Below are positions 61,912 to 64,000 of a stretch of 64,000 nt of DNA, piece by piece (the stretch's first letter is position 1; each line of letters starts with the position of its first letter). The position numbers were made by a program, and so were the translations under genes. The notes below the pieces were generated by a model that did no database searches, had not been told where the DNA came from, and saw nothing but the letters and a program-made list of their open reading frames with translations. This stretch comes from Candidatus Nealsonbacteria bacterium (GTDB lineage: Bacteria; Patescibacteriota; Minisyncoccia; Minisyncoccales; PWPS01), in contig PWEN01000027.1 in the NCBI GenBank assembly GCA_003553505.1, forward strand, positions 3,705 to 67,704, read 5' to 3'.

Positions 61912-62237
61912 TATTTTTTAATATCTTTTATCTTCTTTCCTATCTCGAAAAGATTAGGCTCTCTCATTCCTATCTTAAACACGTTCTCGATTAGATCTCC
62001 TCCCGCATAACCGGCAATAAGAGCAAAAGAGATAGGTATGGTTTCCAGTTCCAAGAATATATGAGCAACATCTTGTGCTATCCAGGCACTAGCGTAACCT
62101 ACAACACCAGAGATAAACACTGCTCCTGTAAAATAATATGGTCTTATCTCTACATCTTTATAAGAAGTCATGTATTTCACAAGACCTACTCCCCCTCTTA
62201 ATATACCTCCTATGAAACCTGCTATTAGAAAAGACAT
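61911..62237 (-). CDS. Small membrane protein (3-4 TM)
   Basis: 108 aa. Its stop overlaps the start of the next gene by 1 nt. Confidence 0.5.
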   Translation of the reverse strand: MSFLIAGFIGGILRGGVGLVKYMTSYKDVEIRPYYFTGAVFISGVVGYASAWIAQDVAHIFLELETIPISFALIAGYAGGDLIENVFKIGMREPNLFEIGKKIKDIKK

Positions 62238-62241
62238 AGTT

Positions 62242-63360
62242 TTAGTTTATTAATTTTTCATACTCTTTTACCATTTTATCAATAGAGAATTTTTCTTCAA
62301 CACTTTTTCTTGCTCTGCTCGTTATTTCTTCTCTTTTTTCTTCTGAAAGATTTAAAAGATATTCTATTTTTTCTGCTAACTTTTCAGGATCACCAACAGG
62401 AACTAGTTCTCCGTACTTCCCATCTTCCAATATCTCTGAGGGGCCACTAGGACAATTAGTGCTTGCCACAGGAACTCCACAAGCCATAGCCTCAATAAGT
62501 ACATTTGGCAATCCTTCCCACCTAGAAGAAAGAACAAAAACATCTGCTCTGCTTATATAGGCATAGGGATTACTTACAAATCCCGGCATAAAAACTCTTT
62601 CTGATAATTCTAATTCTCTTATTAATTTTTCTAAATTAGATCTTTCTTCTCCCTCTCCTAGTATAATTAATTTTGCTGATTTATTTATTTGCACGAATGA
62701 TTCAATAAGAGAAGAAAAGTCTTTTTGCGAATGAAGTCTACCTACAGAAATAATTACTGGGAAATCTTTTTCTTTAAGCCAAGGATGAGTAACTACTTCT
62801 TTTAATTTATTATCTATATTAAATATATCTGTAGGATTATATATAACCTTTATTTTCTCTCTTGATATTTTCAATGTTCTAGATAAATCATCGGCGGATC
62901 CTTTTGAGTTTGCAACTATTTCGTCAACAAAACGATAGAAAATCATGGCACCATATTTTCTAATCCATCTTTTGTACCATTTGGTGCCCTGTAGAGAAAA
63001 AGAAAGTGTATTAGCCACACGTGCGATAATTTTCGTTTTTGAAAAAGACAAGATCTTGGCCAAAACAGAGATAATAACAACATGCTCCATGGATGCAATC
63101 AAAACTTGGGGACGTGATCTTTTAAGATATTTTATTAAAGGAAACAAGCTAAAAAGGATACGGCTTGCTTTTAGGTTGACAATATTAACTTCCTCTTTAA
63201 TATCAGAAAAATAATCACCTTCTTTTTGAGCAATAATAAAATCAATTATGTAATCCCAATCAGAAAGTTTATTGGCCATATTAACCATTACTCTTTCTGC
63301 TCCCCCTCCTCGAAGAGAAGGAATGAAAAATACTATTTTTTTGTTTTTATTTCCTTCCAT
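62242..63360 (-). CDS. Glycosyltransferase family 4
   Basis: SVGRLHSQKDF, SRWEGLPNVLIEAMACGVPVASTNCPSGPSEIL. Confidence 0.8.
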   Translation of the reverse strand: MEGNKNKKIVFFIPSLRGGGAERVMVNMANKLSDWDYIIDFIIAQKEGDYFSDIKEEVNIVNLKASRILFSLFPLIKYLKRSRPQVLIASMEHVVIISVLAKILSFSKTKIIARVANTLSFSLQGTKWYKRWIRKYGAMIFYRFVDEIVANSKGSADDLSRTLKISREKIKVIYNPTDIFNIDNKLKEVVTHPWLKEKDFPVIISVGRLHSQKDFSSLIESFVQINKSAKLIILGEGEERSNLEKLIRELELSERVFMPGFVSNPYAYISRADVFVLSSRWEGLPNVLIEAMACGVPVASTNCPSGPSEILEDGKYGELVPVGDPEKLAEKIEYLLNLSEEKREEITSRARKSVEEKFSIDKMVKEYEKLIN

Positions 63361-64000
63361 TATATTTTATATTTTAAAACTTCAAGCCATTTTTCAATCC
63401 ATTCTTTAATGCCAAAATCCTTTGCTCTCTGAAGTGATTTCTTTAGATACCCCTGTCTAAATTCTTCATTTTCTAACATTTGAAACATTGCTTTTGAAAT
63501 CTCATTTTCCTCCTTTGTTAACTCATCTTTAACATCATAAAAATTACCATCCGGCACAGCGGTAAGTATACCGTATTTTGCAAACTCTATTTCTTTCGCT
63601 TCTTTGCGAAAATCAGTATCTGGTGCCAATATTTCTCTCGGACCACTTCGACAGTCAGTAGAAATTATCGGTAAACTGCAAGCCATTGCTTCTACAATTA
63701 CTTTTCCAAAACCCTCACACAATGAAGAAAGAATAAAAATATTTGCTTTAGAAAAGTATATATAAGGATTCTTTTGAAACCCAACAAAATAAATGTCTTC
63801 TTTAACGCCAAGGCTTTTTGCTAAGTTCTTCAATTTGTCTTCCATTGGGCCTTCTCCTAAAATAACCAATCGACAAACTTTATCTTCTCTTAGTTTAGAA
63901 AAAGCCCTAATCAAATGCCAACAACCTTTTTGTTCAACTAATCGTCCGGCTGTAATTATTATAGGAATCTTCTCCTGAATCCATATCTTAAACAAAGGGT
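63360..64000 (-). CDS. Glycosyltransferase family 4, N-terminal half outside the window
   Basis: TAGRLVEQKGCWHLIRAF, SLCEGFGKVIVEAMACSLPIISTDCRSGPREIL. Only the C-terminal Rossmann domain is present, so the true start lies beyond 64000. Confidence 0.7.
   Translation of the reverse strand, partial: PLFKIWIQEKIPIIITAGRLVEQKGCWHLIRAFSKLREDKVCRLVILGEGPMEDKLKNLAKSLGVKEDIYFVGFQKNPYIYFSKANIFILSSLCEGFGKVIVEAMACSLPIISTDCRSGPREILAPDTDFRKEAKEIEFAKYGILTAVPDGNFYDVKDELTKEENEISKAMFQMLENEEFRQGYLKKSLQRAKDFGIKEWIEKWLEVLKYKI

Overview
The window is almost entirely coding. I call 66 protein genes, and all but four (7163, 16535, 33915, 34310) lie on the minus strand. Many are joined by ATGA-type or 4-26 nt overlaps. 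The content is a housekeeping core: obg, engB, lepA, efp, prfB, secA/D/F, ftsE/X, murB, murJ, pyk, pgk, nrdD/G, rarA, hpf. It also includes many secreted or membrane-anchored proteins of unknown function, peptidoglycan-binding surface proteins and a glycan-synthesis cluster. This profile and the visibly low GC fit a reduced-genome Patescibacteria/CPR (Parcubacteria-like) organism, but that is inference, not a search result. Several items are absent from the ORF track and were read directly from the sequence. These are three tRNAs (Gln-CTG, Thr-CGT, Gly-CCC), a type-A RNase P RNA (26847..27173) that overlaps the spurious 5' extension of murJ, the N-terminal exon of prfB with a canonical SD-CTT-TGA +1 frameshift site, and an edge-truncated cN-III-like 5'-nucleotidase gene at 1..756. 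Best candidates for new biology, in order: (1) an orphan type-IV-coupling-protein-like translocase, split into a membrane subunit and an ATPase with a CxxC-x17-CxxC zinc ribbon, translationally coupled to a sigma-r4/HARE-HTH protein (39394..43295). (2) A class III ribonucleotide reductase whose glycyl-radical domain is a separate 92-aa Zn-ribbon protein (29293..29571). (3) Three structured non-coding leaders: ridA-ilvA, an MFS transporter gene, and murB, the last with a 12-bp inverted repeat flanking a consensus promoter. No CRISPR array, transposase, integrase or rRNA was seen. All functional calls rest on motif recognition by eye. No database search was run.
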